A DNA stretch of 64,000 bases from Isurus oxyrinchus. Lineage: Eukaryota. Both the position numbers and the translations under genes were made by a program. Below the pieces are notes generated by a model. It had not been told where the DNA came from, did not search any database, and saw only the letters and a program-made list of their open reading frames with translations. Below, one piece after another: positions 62,001 through 64,000 of the stretch (position 1 is its first letter; every line of letters starts with the position of its first letter). The stretch spans positions 2,108,001 to 2,172,000 of the forward strand of contig JANJGN010000056.1 of NCBI GenBank assembly GCA_026770705.1, in the 5' to 3' direction.

Positions 62001-63804
62001 TGTAGTGGTCTTGTCACTGGCAGTCTCAAGACCCAGGGCAATGTTCGGAAGACCCGGGTTCGAATCCCAGGTGAGGATGGCAGCACTTGAAGAAAATTGA
62101 AATGCAAATGATGGGAATCTGCTGCCCTCACCTGATCTGGACGACATGTGTCTCCAGACCCACAGCAATGTTCTCATTCATAACTGCTCTCTGAAAACTC
62201 CTCGCAAGATGCTCAATTGTATCAAACCACTACAAAGTCACAACAAAGGAACGAAATGAGATGGACAACCCGGATCGATCAAGGCACCAGAAACGACGAC
62301 AGGAATCTCAGCCCTGTTGGCCATGAAAGGCCCTCCTGACAAACATCAGAATATTATTTCCAAAATTGGGGAGAATTTTCTCACAGACTAGTCAAGCAAC
62401 AGCCTGACGTACTCACACTCACAGAATCACAAGTTACAGATCATTTCCTAGACACCACCATCAACATCCTGGCCACTGGCACGACAGGCCCAGAATAGGC
62501 GACGGCTCACTGGTAAACGGTCGGGAGGGATTTGACCTGCAAGTCCTCAGCATCAACTCTGGCTCCAGGGAATCACATAGCATCAGGTCAAATATGGAAG
62601 CGGGGGATCCAAAAAATATCCCCTTCCTCCTTGAGGGGCTCCCCAGCACATGTGTGCAAAATATAAGGCTGAAGGTTTTGATCCAATCGTCAGCCAAAAT
62701 TGCCAAGTGGATCATCCATCTCGGCCTCCTCCAGAGTTCCTCAGCATCACAGATGCCAGTCCCCTGCCAATTCCATTCACTCCACATGATATCAAGAAAA
62801 GGCTGGAGGCACTCAATAGGGGAAAGTCTGTGGGCCCTGACAAAACTATGGGAATAGCTTTTGCTCCAAAATTGGCCGCGCTGTTATCCATCTGTTCCAA
62901 TACAGCTATACCACTGGCATCTCGCCAGCCATGTGGAGAATGCTCAGACGTTTCCTGTCCACAAAAAGCAGGAGAAACCCAAACCGGCCAATTACTGCCC
63001 TATCAGTCTACTCTTCATTATCAGTAAAGTGATGAAAGGGGTCATCAACAGTGCTATCAAGCTGCACTTGCTTTGTGAGAACCTGCTCACTATCACTCAG
63101 TTGGGGCTCGGCCAGGGTTACTCAGCTCCTGCCCGCATTAGAGCTTGGTTCAAACATGAATGCAAGAGCAGAATACCTGATGTGATGTGAGTTTGACTGC
63201 CCTTCACATCATGGCAGCATTTAACCGAGACTGGCATCAAGGAGCCCTTGGAAAACTGATGTCATTGGGAATCAGGAGCAAAATTCCGCCGGTTGGAGTC
63301 ATAGCCAGCCCAAAGGAAGATGGCTGTGGTTATTGGAGATCAGTCATCTCAGCTCCAGGACATCACTGCAGGAGTTCCTCATGTTAGTCTCCTGGGCCCA
63401 ACCATCTGCTTCATCATTGACCTTCCTTCCAGCATGAGGTCAGAAGTGGGAAGGTTTGCTGAAGATTTCACAAGCATTCGCGACTGCTCACATAATGAAG
63501 CAGTCCGTGTCCAAATGAAGCAAGACCTGCGCAATATCCAGGCTTGAGCTGACACGTGGCAAGGAACATTCGCAACAAACAAGAGTCAGGCAATAACTAT
63601 CTTCAACAAGAGTTAATCCAATCATTGCCCCTTTTCTTCAGTGCCTTGAACACTGCTGAATCCCCACTATCAACATCCTGGGGGGTCCGATTGATAAGAA
63701 ACTGAACTGGACTAGCCATAAAAATGAAATGGCCAAAAGAGTAGGTTAGAGGCTGGGAATACTGGAGCGATGCCCACATGCCATCAGTGAATTGAAAGGA
63801 AAAA
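62001..63804 (+). mobile_element. Family A LINE with tRNA-like 5' head, EN start, RT and 3' tail; internally deleted
   Basis: B box GGTTCGAATCC at 62057-62067; SHRLVKQQPDVLTLTES (APE motif) at ~62380-62430; NYCPISLLFIISKVM, AAFNRDWH, GVPHVSLLGP and FAED; tail agcgatgcccacatgcc...gaaaaa. Confidence 0.88.
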
Positions 63805-63809
63805 TGAAT

Positions 63810-64000
63810 CTCTCACCCAGCTTCTCTCTCTCTCTGTGTCCCGGTCGCTGTATCTGGACCTCTGACCCATTCATTCACCATATCTGTCCCGTTCGTTCTT
63901 TCTGACCTGCCCGCTGACTGTATATCTGCCCTGTTCTCTCTCCCTGTCCAGCTCAGTGTATTTACCTATGACTCATGCACCCTCGTTCCGTCCTGCTCAC
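63810..64000. repeat. Pyrimidine-rich low-complexity tract (continues the tract at 61895-61985)
   Basis: tctctc, tatctg and ctgacc motifs on both sides of the LINE. Confidence 0.55.

Noticed and set aside
62001-62070. tRNA gene
   Set aside because: Has a B box but no complete cloverleaf that I can fold, and continues into retroelement sequence.

Overview
Eukaryotic (vertebrate) genomic DNA, most likely a cartilaginous fish (shark or ray). This is inferred from the repeat landscape (CR1/HER1-type LINE tails ending in (GATTCTAT)n or (TCTTATGG)n, tRNA-Deu SINEs, L2, RTE) and from the receptor subfamily. The window is dominated by an old direct segmental duplication: about 1130-26087 and 30815-56374, roughly 80-85% identical by eye. 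Each copy carries one intact class-A GPCR of the GPR139/GPR142-like group with two coding exons: copy A 3949-4018 + 12956-13860 (324 aa) and copy B 33845-33914 + 43235-44142 (325 aa). Each copy also carries a downstream pseudogene of a second subfamily of the same group, which was already dead before the duplication. By hand count the two intact paralogs differ at about 67 amino acids but only about 26 purely synonymous codons. The changes cluster around the predicted ligand pocket, as expected for a diversifying receptor repertoire (possibly an unrecognised amino-acid chemosensory or immune family; this is inference). Most other ORFs in the track are chance ORFs or decayed retroelement fragments. 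Repeat boundaries are approximate (tens of nt) and family names come from motif recognition, not from a database search.
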